In this document: in pieces, positions 34,814-46,827 of the stretch
How positions within the stretch are numbered: the first letter of the stretch is position 1
Layout: each line of letters opens with the position of its first letter
Assembly: GCA_035517615.1 (NCBI GenBank)
Contig: DATIYM010000035.1
Coordinates: 1,493 to 65,492 of the forward strand
Reading direction: 5' to 3'
Source of the DNA: Gemmatimonadales bacterium
Lineage (GTDB): Bacteria > Gemmatimonadota > Gemmatimonadetes > Gemmatimonadales > GWC2-71-9
Length of the DNA: 64,000 nt
Translations under genes and position numbers: made by a program
The notes under the pieces: generated by a model
Told to the model about the DNA's origin: nothing
Databases searched by the model: none
Seen by the model: only the letters and a program-made list of their open reading frames with translations

Positions 34814-35998
34814 ATGTTGCCGGCAATGGTGCGCATTGTCCGGTTGGGAAACCACGCCTGGATGGCCGCAGTCCCCTGCCTGCTCACCGGGTGCAGCGAC
34901 AGCTCGACCCTCGCGGCGAGCAGGATCCTGCACCCGGGACTCACCACCGTGGTCTCCGGGCTCAGCTCGGCCCTCTATGTCACGGCTCCCCCTGGCGACA
35001 CGAACCGGATCTTCGTCGTGCAGCAAAGCGGTGTCATCCGCGTGCTGCGCCGGGACACCCTGCTCGCCCCGCCGTTTCTTACCGTCTCGAGCGTAATCGC
35101 CTATGGGGGCGAGCAGGGCCTGCTCAGCCTCGCGTTCCACCCGCGGTATGCGACGAACGGCTTCCTCTATGTCGGCTATACCGCAAAGAACGGAGACGTC
35201 ACTGTGGCCCGCTATCACGTCTCCACCGACCCGAACGTCGCCGACCCAGCGTCCGGCACCATCCTGCTCACGGTGCCACACTCGACGTACGGCAATCACA
35301 ACGGCGGCCTCGTGCTGTTCGGACCCGATGGTTACCTCTACGTCGGGATTGGCGATGGCGGGAGTGAAGGAGATCCGTCCGGGAACGGCCAGGACAGCAC
35401 GAAGCTCCTGGCCAAGATTCTCCGCATCGACGTCGATGGCGGCACGCCGTACGCCATACCCCCCACCAATCCGTTCGTGGGCCGGCCTCCCGCCGCACCG
35501 GAAATCTGGGCGTACGGTGTGCGCAACCCGTGGCGGTTCTCGTTCGATCGGGCCACCGGCGATCTCTACATCGGGGACGTAGGACAGGATCTCTGGGAAG
35601 AGATCGATTTCGCGCCCAGCGGCGATCGCGGCGGGCACGACTACGGCTGGAACGTCATGGAAGGGATGCACTGCTACCAGCCGTCCAGCGGGTGCGTGAC
35701 CACGGGACTCAACCTCCCCGTGTACGAGTATGGCCACGGGCCCGGCTGCTCGATCGCCGGCGGCTACGTCTACCGCGGGACCGCGCTTCCGGCGTTCGCG
35801 GGTCGCTACTTTTTCGGCGACTACTGCGCCGGGTGGGTGCACAGCTTCGTGATGCAGAACGGGAGCGTGACCGACGTGGTCGATCACTCCGCTGAGTTCG
35901 GACTGATCCCGGGGCTCACATCATTCGGAGAGGACGCTCGAGGCGAATTGTACATCACGAGCTCGAACGGAGACGTGTACCGGATCGCGCCTCAATAG
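34814..35998 (+). CDS. PQQ-dependent sugar (glucose/sorbosone) dehydrogenase-type beta-propeller lipoprotein
   Basis: Trimmed to MLPAMVRIVRLGNHAWMAAVPCLLTGC (residue 57). Family motifs are EQGLLSLAFHP, HNGGLVLFGPDGYLYVGIGDGG, GQDSTKLLAKILRIDV, EIWAYGVRNPWRFSFD and GDLYIGDVGQDLWEEI. Confidence 0.88.
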   Translation: MLPAMVRIVRLGNHAWMAAVPCLLTGCSDSSTLAASRILHPGLTTVVSGLSSALYVTAPPGDTNRIFVVQQSGVIRVLRRDTLLAPPFLTVSSVIAYGGEQGLLSLAFHPRYATNGFLYVGYTAKNGDVTVARYHVSTDPNVADPASGTILLTVPHSTYGNHNGGLVLFGPDGYLYVGIGDGGSEGDPSGNGQDSTKLLAKILRIDVDGGTPYAIPPTNPFVGRPPAAPEIWAYGVRNPWRFSFDRATGDLYIGDVGQDLWEEIDFAPSGDRGGHDYGWNVMEGMHCYQPSSGCVTTGLNLPVYEYGHGPGCSIAGGYVYRGTALPAFAGRYFFGDYCAGWVHSFVMQNGSVTDVVDHSAEFGLIPGLTSFGEDARGELYITSSNGDVYRIAPQ

Positions 35999-36017
35999 CC
36001 GTGGTCTAGCGATAGCT

Positions 36018-36269
36018 TTGGTCTCGACAACGAAGGGCCAGTCTCGCAACCCCGAATTCCTGCCTGAAAGGACGGACAGTGTGGCCGACCTCAATCTGAC
36101 GCCGGACGAAGCCACCATCATCGCGAATGCGCTCCAGAGCTACGTATCGGATCTGCGGATGGAAATCGCCGACACCGATGCGCAGCCGGTGCGCGAGCGG
36201 CTGAAAAAAGAGGAAGCGGTGCTCAAGGCGGTGATCCAGCGCTTGGCCGGACCCTCCGTCCAGCGCTGA
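36018..36269 (+). CDS. small hypothetical protein
   Basis: An 83-aa helical-looking ORF (DEATIIANALQSYVSDLRMEIADTDAQPVRERLKKEEAVLKAVIQRL). Start uncertain. Confidence 0.4.
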   Translation: MVSTTKGQSRNPEFLPERTDSVADLNLTPDEATIIANALQSYVSDLRMEIADTDAQPVRERLKKEEAVLKAVIQRLAGPSVQR

Positions 36270-36330
36270 CGCGCGCGGTTTGAGGAGCGCCCCCCTGATC
36301 ACCCAAGGAGGGCGCCCCGCTCTACCAGGC

Positions 36331-37602
36331 TTACAGCGACTTCAAGAACGCGAGCAGCGCCGCTTGCTCGCCGGGCCTGAGCGCGGCATACCGATCGCGG
36401 GCCCTTTGCCCCTGACCAGCGTGCGCCAGAATCGCCGCAGCCGGCGTGGACGCGCGCCCGTCATGCAGAAACACCGGTCGTGAGCTGAGGCCCCACAATG
36501 GGGCCGTCCGCATCAGGCGACCGGTCGCGTTGCCCTGCGTGATGCCGTCGCCGAGACTGCCCATGTCGTGCAGCAGGAAATCGGAAAACGGCTGGAATGC
36601 CTTGTGCGACAGCGCCGCGATGGGGCTGTCGCCCGTGGTGAGAATCGGTGTGTGACAGTTGGCGCAGCCGATCCCAACGAACACGGCGCCGCCCGCAATG
36701 GTCGTGCGCGTGATCGCACCGCGCCGCGGTGGTCCGAGCATCGACATGAAGTCCGTGAACGCCGTGACTCCATCGCCAGTGTCGTTCACGGCGGGTGCAG
36801 GGTTAAACGCAAGCGACGCGCAGTTTCCCTGGGGACAGTTCTCCGTCGGGAACTCCGGGTTCGTGATGCCCATCTCGTTCAGGTAGGCGTCCCCCGCAAA
36901 CTGATGCAACGTCGGGTTCTGCGCTTTCCACCCGAACCGGCCCACGCGCGTCGCCCCGGTCTTGATTTCGGTGGTCATGCTGGGGGTTCCCTGCGTGGAA
37001 GGCGCGCTGCGTGCTTCGCGACGGGCGAGTTGGAGCAGCTCGTCGTCGGGAACCGCATCGACCAGCCCGAGCCCGAACAACGGGGTCGTGATGCGCAGCG
37101 CGACCACGTTCGCGGACGGCGGCACCATTTCGGGAACAAAGGTGAAGTCCCCGGCGGACGTATGCACCAAGCCGATCGCGTGATCCTGCATCAGTGAGCC
37201 GCCGAGGTTGGCCAGCGGATCGAACAGCCCGCTCGACACCCGACCGAACCGGGTCTCGGCGCGGCCAGCCGTGCCACCCAAGGGCGCGGTATGACAAGTG
37301 GAGCACGATGCCTCGTTGAAGACGGGGCCGAGTCCATCATCGACCCCCTCCGCGTCTGAGAATTCCGTCACGCCGGCTGCGAATCGCGCCCGTTCAGCCG
37401 CCGTCAGGCCGGACAATGGGCTACCGAGGGCTGCCGCGGCGGTGGCCAGCGCCATGTTCGTCGTCAAGTCTGCTGGCATGATTTCATCGGACGAGGACGA
37501 CGCGGGAGGCGAGGTGTTGAGGTTGGAGCTGCTGGTTTCGCATCCGGCAACGAGAAAACAGAAACTGAAAACCGATGCAGCGAGACGCTGTCCTGGTGAC
37601 AT
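36331..37602 (-). CDS. di-haem c-type oxidoreductase (DUF1111 / thiol-oxidoreductase-like) lipoprotein
   Basis: Lipobox FLVAGC. It has two CxxCH haem sites (CSTCH, CANCH) plus the family-typical RVGRFGWKAQNPTLHQF and TAPLWGL...FLHDGRA. Confidence 0.85.
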   Translation of the reverse strand: MSPGQRLAASVFSFCFLVAGCETSSSNLNTSPPASSSSDEIMPADLTTNMALATAAAALGSPLSGLTAAERARFAAGVTEFSDAEGVDDGLGPVFNEASCSTCHTAPLGGTAGRAETRFGRVSSGLFDPLANLGGSLMQDHAIGLVHTSAGDFTFVPEMVPPSANVVALRITTPLFGLGLVDAVPDDELLQLARREARSAPSTQGTPSMTTEIKTGATRVGRFGWKAQNPTLHQFAGDAYLNEMGITNPEFPTENCPQGNCASLAFNPAPAVNDTGDGVTAFTDFMSMLGPPRRGAITRTTIAGGAVFVGIGCANCHTPILTTGDSPIAALSHKAFQPFSDFLLHDMGSLGDGITQGNATGRLMRTAPLWGLSSRPVFLHDGRASTPAAAILAHAGQGQRARDRYAALRPGEQAALLAFLKSL

Positions 37603-38015
37603 GGTCCCTCCTCAGGGTGAGACATGAGGTTCGGCGGCTCGACTGGCGTGACACGCAAGACTGGCGTGCGGTAGCCTCGGGGCTTTGCGTCGCCGGCTTT
37701 CGCCGGGTTTGCCTTTGTCGCGCTCGCGCAGAGGAGTGCGGAGGGCGATCCTGCCGAACTAGGGATTACGGCAGAGCTGCGGTACAACGACGCAAAGATT
37801 CACTCGGGTGCTGATTTGTTCTGTGACGTCGCTCAAGTAAGCGTGGGCGGCGAATTGGGTCGGATGCTTGCCAATTGTTTGGGTCAGATGTCCGGAACCT
37901 GCGGCGTCTGACGCGCGACATTCAACGTCTGACGACTAGTAATTGTTCGGACGAGGTACTAGGGAAAAAATGGGGGCACGGTATGCCGCGCCCCCATTGC
38001 TTCGTAACGCGCCTT

Positions 38016-39428
38016 CTAGTGTTTGTGGCCGGGCACAACGGTGCGCGCAAAGACCACGACGCAGCCCTGGCCTTTGACGACACAGCGGTTGGTCGCGTCA
38101 GTCGCCGCGGCAAACAGCACTCGGGTAAAAATCTCGTTCGTCTCCGCGAACGCGGATGGACTCGCACCCGCAATGTTCGGGACGTTCTGCAGCCATTGAC
38201 CGGTGAACGCGTTCATGATACCCAGGGAGGAGACGGCCGTAACGGCATCGTTGCCGGTCACGAGGAAGGTGCCGTCGCCTCGGTTGATCCAGTCTTCATC
38301 CCCCGTGCCCACCTGGGTGATCACGTTCAAGACGTCCCCGGTTCGCGCATTCAGTCGCATCGGACGACCGCACAGCTGTGCCCACAGATTGTTTCCGATC
38401 ACCCGAAGATTGTTACTGGCGTTGCTCGCGGCCCCCGTGAGCGCGACACAATCGTACGTGCGCTGCGATTCGATCGTCATCGTCCTCGGATTGATGGTCT
38501 GGATGAACGGGCCTCCCGCAGCGCCGGTGATCGGCAGCAGGAAGCGGTTCAGCACGGGAACCCAGACGTGCCCCTCGGCCGAGCCGGGGCCCAACGACAG
38601 CTGGCCCAGAATCCGGTACGGGTGACGTGCCGAGATGAGCGTGAGATAGCTCGGGATTGCCGCGCCGGCGGCGGTGATCCCGGCGGCCGTGGTGCAATTC
38701 GCTCCGGCTGCGCTGCACTTCACATAGGACAGTGGGTTCGGATTGGAAACCGCGACAATGTGGTGCACCGGATCGTAATCGATTTCGTTCGAGCGCCCGC
38801 AAAAGTGCGTCGTCGCGGTCCCGCCATCACAGTCGGACTTGGCAACGCTGATCGACGTGAGGATCTGCAGGCGTTCCATGTCCACGACCTGCACCGTCGC
38901 ATTGCCATCGGACACGAACAACACCCTTGTGTCGAAGCCACCGTGCTCGTCGTCGTGCCCCCAGCCATGGTCGTCGTCATCATGACCGCGTCCACGAAGG
39001 ACAGGCGCCGACACAAAGCTGTTCGGCCCAGCACCGTTGGTCGCGGCCGTACCCCCGCCGGTCCCGACGTTGCCCGCCATCCCGCCAACGCGGCCGATGT
39101 ATGTGTGCGTCCGGACATCGACAACGTCCACGCCATTGTTGGACGCGTCGGACACGAAATAGCGGGCGTTCGACTGCTCGACCCAGGTTTTCTGGGAGCT
39201 GGTCAGCGGATTACCGGGAATCTCGATCGCGCACAGGAAGTCATAGGGGCCGCTGGCATCTCCACGGCCATTGAGCGCACAATCGGGGTTGCCGTGATTC
39301 ACGCTATGCCCGAACGCGGGCACGGCGATGGGAGCCGTTGCCTGTGGCGTGTTATCGCAAGCGGCTACGAGCGCGGCCGCCAGAATACAGATCGACGAAG
39401 CGGACACGATTCGCACTGCAGGCTTCAT
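38016..39428 (-). CDS. secreted lipoprotein, probable beta-propeller fold, unknown function
   Basis: Lipobox LVAAC. 470 aa, Gly/Thr/Asn-rich with repeated strand-like segments and a His/Asp-rich loop (RGHDDDDHGWGHDDEHGG). Confidence 0.6.
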   Translation of the reverse strand: MKPAVRIVSASSICILAAALVAACDNTPQATAPIAVPAFGHSVNHGNPDCALNGRGDASGPYDFLCAIEIPGNPLTSSQKTWVEQSNARYFVSDASNNGVDVVDVRTHTYIGRVGGMAGNVGTGGGTAATNGAGPNSFVSAPVLRGRGHDDDDHGWGHDDEHGGFDTRVLFVSDGNATVQVVDMERLQILTSISVAKSDCDGGTATTHFCGRSNEIDYDPVHHIVAVSNPNPLSYVKCSAAGANCTTAAGITAAGAAIPSYLTLISARHPYRILGQLSLGPGSAEGHVWVPVLNRFLLPITGAAGGPFIQTINPRTMTIESQRTYDCVALTGAASNASNNLRVIGNNLWAQLCGRPMRLNARTGDVLNVITQVGTGDEDWINRGDGTFLVTGNDAVTAVSSLGIMNAFTGQWLQNVPNIAGASPSAFAETNEIFTRVLFAAATDATNRCVVKGQGCVVVFARTVVPGHKH

Positions 39429-39793
39429 AGAACCTCCTCGATGACGGTCGGCTCGGAGGTGCTCGGCGTTCGCTGTAAAAACCTTCGTGGCGTCGAATCA
39501 GGGCGTCGCGGAGGAGACGAGGACCCCGGTGCCTCTTGATTGTAGTGGGGCGGTAAACCTGCGCACGGTCTCGCGGGTGTCAAGAACTCGGGATCATGCG
39601 CAGAACCAGGGAATCGAACCGAGGGGAAGACCTAGGTGCGCGTGGAAAAATCTCGGACTGTGACCGCGAGCAGTGTACGCGACATCACGGACCAAGAGGA
39701 TTAGCCCATGCAGCCTATCGACTCTCTAAAGCCGTAGTGATCGAGCGAGGCCGCATGGGCATTCAGCCGCTGAAACCCGGTAAGATGTATCCG

Positions 39794-40249
39794 TCAGTAC
39801 GGCAACCAGACCCGCTCGCCAACCGCTGATCGGGTTGGCGCTGCCTGTGTGCGGTATTCGGACGTCCAACGATCCCACTTCGATGCGAGCGCGAGCTGCG
39901 ATGCGCCATAAAGGGCGATCGCGGGGCGACCAGCGTAACTCGCAAGCGCGCCGCTTACGCGCACGTATTTCCCAACCCATTGCCCCGGATCGCGGAACGC
40001 GCGGGCGTACGCCGGCAATGCAATCGCGGTGAAGGTCTGATATGGGGCTGGGCGTCCCAGATTAAAGAACACCGCTCCTGATTGTGCTGTGTACACGCTG
40101 GCAACCGTCCCCTCTACCGTGAGTACGGGTCGGGCCGTCATTGATGCATCATTTCGTACACGCGCGGATGCTTGGCGGGGCAGAACAAGCGAGATCAGGG
40201 CTAACACGGCCATCGCGGCCGCCATGAGTGGGTCACCATGTTTCTTCAT
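39794..40249 (-). CDS. small secreted protein, unknown function
   Basis: Signal-like LMAAAMAVLALISLVLPRQASA with GGAGG upstream of the ATG. No motif recognised. Confidence 0.5.
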   Translation of the reverse strand: MKKHGDPLMAAAMAVLALISLVLPRQASARVRNDASMTARPVLTVEGTVASVYTAQSGAVFFNLGRPAPYQTFTAIALPAYARAFRDPGQWVGKYVRVSGALASYAGRPAIALYGASQLALASKWDRWTSEYRTQAAPTRSAVGERVWLPY

Positions 40250-41057
40250 ACAACCTCCACATGACGGCGGGAAGAGCTGCGACGGCGGGGACGACCGGTG
40301 TTCCGGGGAGACCTGGGCGGCCTCTTTCCTTTGTACCCATGAGACTCGTCCAGGTTTTCAGGCGTCACGGGATTGCAGCAAGGAGCAACGTTTAACCGGA
40401 AACCGACACAGCGGCGCCAAGGACTACGATCGGGGCAAGGAAACTCGGATCTGCGCAACCGCACTGTGCGCTCCGAGGGGATCGCCGAGGGCGCCGCGCA
40501 GAACTGAGGGGTCAAGATGAAAACGGCCCCTGGCAGATGGAATCAATAGCGTCCGTTAGCACCCACTGCTTGCTGCGAGGTTCGTTTGGCGGCACACGCA
40601 CAACCCCCGGAGACATCCGGCGAGGAGTATCGCGGTGTGTGCGGCGGTGATCAGTGACCCGGTCGTCGCGAATCTGACGGCGTGCGCTGGCGGGTCCGTC
40701 GGGGGCCCGCCACACGAGCGGGCGAGCCAGACGCCATCACCTTGCGGGGCGAGTTCCCAGTACCTTCCCCCAAACCAGAACGGGTCAGGGGTCATGTTCA
40801 GAGGGCACATCGGTACGCCCCAATTGACGGCAAAGGGGGCTCAGGATGTGGCAATAGCGGCCGTACTTCGGTGACCTCGGGCACGCAGCGTGATTCCGAT
40901 GTTCCAGTTGGCGCCAACCTCACGGGTGTTCAAGCGCACGGACGCTCGAGAGGCGCGCGTACCGATTTGTACGAGCGCCACGGGATTGAAAGCCTTTTGA
41001 GAGAGGATGCAGCGAGGCTACGGAGCTTGCTGCCAATGTGGCGAGCTAAGTCCTTGA

Positions 41058-41130
41058 TGCGCCGACTCGGAATCGAACCGAGAACCTACTGATTAAGAGT
41101 CAGTTGCTCTACCAATTGAGCTATCGGCGC
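41058..41130 (-). tRNA. tRNA-Lys (anticodon CTT)
   Basis: The reverse complement reads GCGCCGATAGCTCAATTGGTAGAGCAACTGACTCTTAATCAGTAGGTTCTCGGTTCGATTCCGAGTCGGCGCA. Confidence 0.93.
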
Positions 41131-41213
41131 TGGACAAGAAAAGAAAAGACTTCAAGAAAAGACGTTTAGCAAAAAGCCTGGGAAAGATCACTGATCCACA
41201 ACACGGAGACAAG

Positions 41214-44207
<2,994 letters not shown>

Positions 44208-44214
44208 GCGGGAA

Positions 44215-44286
44215 TGCCTCCAAGGGGAATCGAACCCCTGTTCCCACCTTGAAAGAGTGGTGTCCTAACCGTTAGACGATGGAGGC
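44215..44286 (-). tRNA. tRNA-Glu (anticodon TTC)
   Basis: The reverse complement reads GCCTCCATCGTCTAACGGTTAGGACACCACTCTTTCAAGGTGGGAACAGGGGTTCGATTCCCCTTGGAGGCA. Confidence 0.93.
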
Positions 44287-44314
44287 GGTGTCCCCTGGAC
44301 GTAGTTGCGGTTCA

Positions 44315-44387
44315 TAGCGGTAACGGGATTCGAACCCGTGTTTGAGCCTTGAGAGGGCTCCGTCCTTGTCCCCTAGACGATACCGCC
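44315..44387 (-). tRNA. tRNA-Glu (anticodon CTC)
   Basis: The reverse complement reads GGCGGTATCGTCTAGGGGACAAGGACGGAGCCCTCTCAAGGCTCAAACACGGGTTCGAATCCCGTTACCGCTA. Anticodon stem GAGCC/GGCTC, loop CTCTCAA. The first acceptor pair is G-U. Confidence 0.88.
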
Positions 44388-44482
44388 GCGCACACTGCCG
44401 GCCGGAAAATATCACCAGCCCAGGAGGGTGGAGCAACCCGCGCCGCTGTTGACCCCGCACGCGAGACACATACCGTAGAGCC

Positions 44483-45703
44483 GTGAAAAAGGCCGTTTCC
44501 TGGATCGTGCCGGAAGGCGTGCTGTTCACCGCCACGCTGCTCGTCGCGGCCGTGCCGACGTTTCGCAAAGCGCTTCCGGACTTCATCTGGTTCGACCCCT
44601 ACGCCGTCGCGATCGTAGGCGGACTCCTGGCCTGGCGGTTTCAACGGAGTCGCGTGCTGCTCGCCCTCGTGATCCTGGCGCTCGCCAACTGGTCGATTCG
44701 GGAATCGGTGGCGCTGACCGACGCCGTAGGCGCGCGCGTGATCTATAACGCCACCGCCGTTCTCGTCCCCTTGAATATCGCCGCACTCGCGTTGCTGCCG
44801 GAACGGCGCATCACGACCTGGCGCGGCCTCGTGCGACTCGTGTTCATCGGTCTCCAGGTGGTGATCGTCGAAGTCTTCCGGCGCACGGCCGCGCCCGCAA
44901 CCGCGGCATGGCTCGGCCGCGCCCTGGTACACCTGCGGTGGCTCGGCAAACTTCCGCTCGCACAGTCCGGGATAGTCGCGTTCGCGGTGGCGCTCGCAGT
45001 CGTACTGGTGTTCGTGCCATCGCCGTCGCGCCGTACGGTCCTGTGGGCGCTCGCCACCACCGGAGCCGCCTTTACCGTGTACCGTGCCGGCCCGGGGCCC
45101 GCCCTCTATCTCGGGACGGCCGGGCTGATCCTGGTGATCGCGGTGATCGAAGCGTCGTACCTGCTCGCCTATCAGGACGGCCTCACGCAATTGCCGGCCC
45201 GCCGGGCGCTGTCGGAAGCCATGGCGCAGCTCGGTGGACAGTACGCGGTGGCCATGATCGACGTCGATCACTTCAAACAGTTCAACGACAAGTATGGCCA
45301 CGACGTTGGTGACCAGGTGCTGCGGATGGTCGCCGCGAAGCTCGGCGGCGTCCTGGGCGGTGGCCGGGCGTACCGTTACGGCGGCGAAGAGTTCGCGATC
45401 CTGTTCCCCGGCAAAACCGTCGAAGACGCGGTGCCGCATCTCGAGACCGTGCGCCGGGCCGTGGCGGACGGGGCGTTCACGATCCGCCGGCGCCTCCGGC
45501 CGCGCCGGAAACCGGATACCCCCAAACGCCGCAGCGCGCGGAGGGAAGTCTCGATTACGGTCAGCATTGGCGTCGCCGCTCCCAATAGCCGGCATGCATC
45601 ACCGGAGCAGGTAATTCAGGCCGCGGATCGCGCGCTGTATGTCGCCAAGGGCGAAGGCCGGAACCGCACGAGGATCGCCAATGGAAAAGCGGCGGTCCAT
45701 TGA
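44483..45703 (+). CDS. membrane-anchored diguanylate cyclase (GGDEF domain)
   Basis: A multi-TM N-terminus is followed by DGLTQLPARRAL, VAMIDVDHFKQFNDKYGHDVGDQVL, YRYGGEEFAILF and ADRALYVAKGEGRNR. Confidence 0.9.
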   Translation: MKKAVSWIVPEGVLFTATLLVAAVPTFRKALPDFIWFDPYAVAIVGGLLAWRFQRSRVLLALVILALANWSIRESVALTDAVGARVIYNATAVLVPLNIAALALLPERRITTWRGLVRLVFIGLQVVIVEVFRRTAAPATAAWLGRALVHLRWLGKLPLAQSGIVAFAVALAVVLVFVPSPSRRTVLWALATTGAAFTVYRAGPGPALYLGTAGLILVIAVIEASYLLAYQDGLTQLPARRALSEAMAQLGGQYAVAMIDVDHFKQFNDKYGHDVGDQVLRMVAAKLGGVLGGGRAYRYGGEEFAILFPGKTVEDAVPHLETVRRAVADGAFTIRRRLRPRRKPDTPKRRSARREVSITVSIGVAAPNSRHASPEQVIQAADRALYVAKGEGRNRTRIANGKAAVH

Positions 45704-45719
45704 ATCGGACCGCCGCTTT
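45686..45719. terminator. GC-rich hairpin overlapping the cyclase stop codon (possible bidirectional terminator)
   Basis: AAAGCGGCGGTCC (45686-45698), an 8-nt loop, then GGACCGCCGCTTT (45707-45719). The T/A runs are only 3-4 nt. Confidence 0.45.
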
Positions 45720-45742
45720 CGATTGAATCGCTCGACTGGTGC

Positions 45743-46147
45743 TTACTTCGCGCTGTTGCTCTCGATGACCTTCACGTAGCCGTAGGTAATCAACGCCCAG
45801 GCACCGACACCGGCGAAGATTGCAAGCGCGGTCTTGCCGTGCGCATACTGCTGGGCTTCGACCACTTTCACATCGCCAATCGGCATTTCCGTGAACTCAC
45901 CCATCGCGCCGCCCGGTCGCTCGGTGAACCCCATCAGCGTATCACCCGACAGGTGCGCACCGATGATCGTCAGCTTCTGCCCGTCGGTGCGGGTCACACG
46001 AATCAACTTGGGTGTGACTGATTCGATGTAGTTGGCAGGCTCCTTCACCGGCGACATCGAGGTGCAAGCACCGCTGGCCAACGCGATCATGAGCAGCGTG
46101 GCGCCCGCGGCGGCCGAACGAGAACGGGAATCGGTGCGTCTGGACAT
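45743..46147 (-). CDS. paralogue 2 of the small WVT/GDTL lipoprotein family
   Basis: Trimmed to MSRRTDSRSRSAAAGATLLMIALASGAC, with AAGGAG upstream. The core reads LIRVTRTDGQ...LSGDTLMGFTERPGG...FTEMPIGDV and the TM is GKTALAIFAGVGAWALITYGYV. Confidence 0.7.
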   Translation of the reverse strand: MSRRTDSRSRSAAAGATLLMIALASGACTSMSPVKEPANYIESVTPKLIRVTRTDGQKLTIIGAHLSGDTLMGFTERPGGAMGEFTEMPIGDVKVVEAQQYAHGKTALAIFAGVGAWALITYGYVKVIESNSAK

Positions 46148-46361
46148 GTCGTACAGTCTCCTTGAAGGCCGGGTTCTGGCGCGAGCCACCGGTCGTTGAA
46201 CAGGGCGTCAATCTTCGCAACGCTGGACCCTACACTTACGGCAGGGAACCCTTTGAAGGGCTCCAATATTCCACGCATTCCGGGATCATGCAAGGGTGGC
46301 CCGCCGGGCCGGTCGGGCGGCGAAGGCCACCACCGGCCTGCGGGTGCGGCTCGATGCCGCT

Positions 46362-46827
46362 CTACATCTGGCCCGAGTCGGCCGGGAAGGGACAGGCTGC
46401 GCCGGCGGTGTACAGCCCAGTGTTGCAGTAGTTAGCAGCGCCCTGCCCTTCAGCCTGCTTCACATACAGATAGATGATCCCCGCCGAGGCGGCGAGACCG
46501 CCCCCCACCGCCAGCAAGGTCTTCCCGTGCGCCCATTGCTGGGCCTCAACCGCTGTGACGTCCTGAAGCGGGATCTCCGTGTACTCATGCATCACACCGT
46601 TCGGTCGATCGACGAAGCCGTAGAGCGTGTCTCCTTGCATCTGCGCGCCAATGACGGAGAGCTTGCTGCCATCCTTCTGCGTTACGCGGACCATCTTGGG
46701 CCGTACCGTCGTGATGTAGCTGGTGGGGTCCTTCACTTTGCGCATCGAGGTGCAACCGGCCAGCAGCACGGCCGCCGCGACCGCCGCGCGCGCCGCGCGC
46801 GACCACGGTTCCAGGGACTTGGCTCAT
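46362..46827 (-). CDS. paralogue 3 of the lipoprotein family; frame break inside the signal-peptide region
   Basis: The body (track ORF 46362..46769) reads LLAGCTSMRK...MVRVTQKDGS...MQGDTLYGFVDRPNG...YTEIPLQDV...GKTLLAVGGGLAASAGIIYLYV. The only well-placed start is the ATG at 46827, which overlaps the GWxTD stop (ATGA) and has GGGAGACGGG upstream. That ATG is in another frame. Confidence 0.6.

Noticed and set aside
40246-40874. Short ORFs 40246..40515, 40512..40715, 40556..40810 (-) and 40635..40874 (+)
   Set aside because: They overlap one another in different frames, are rich in R/P/S/C and have no motifs or RBS. I could not join them into a coherent frameshifted gene. The region is reported as unexplained non-coding DNA instead.
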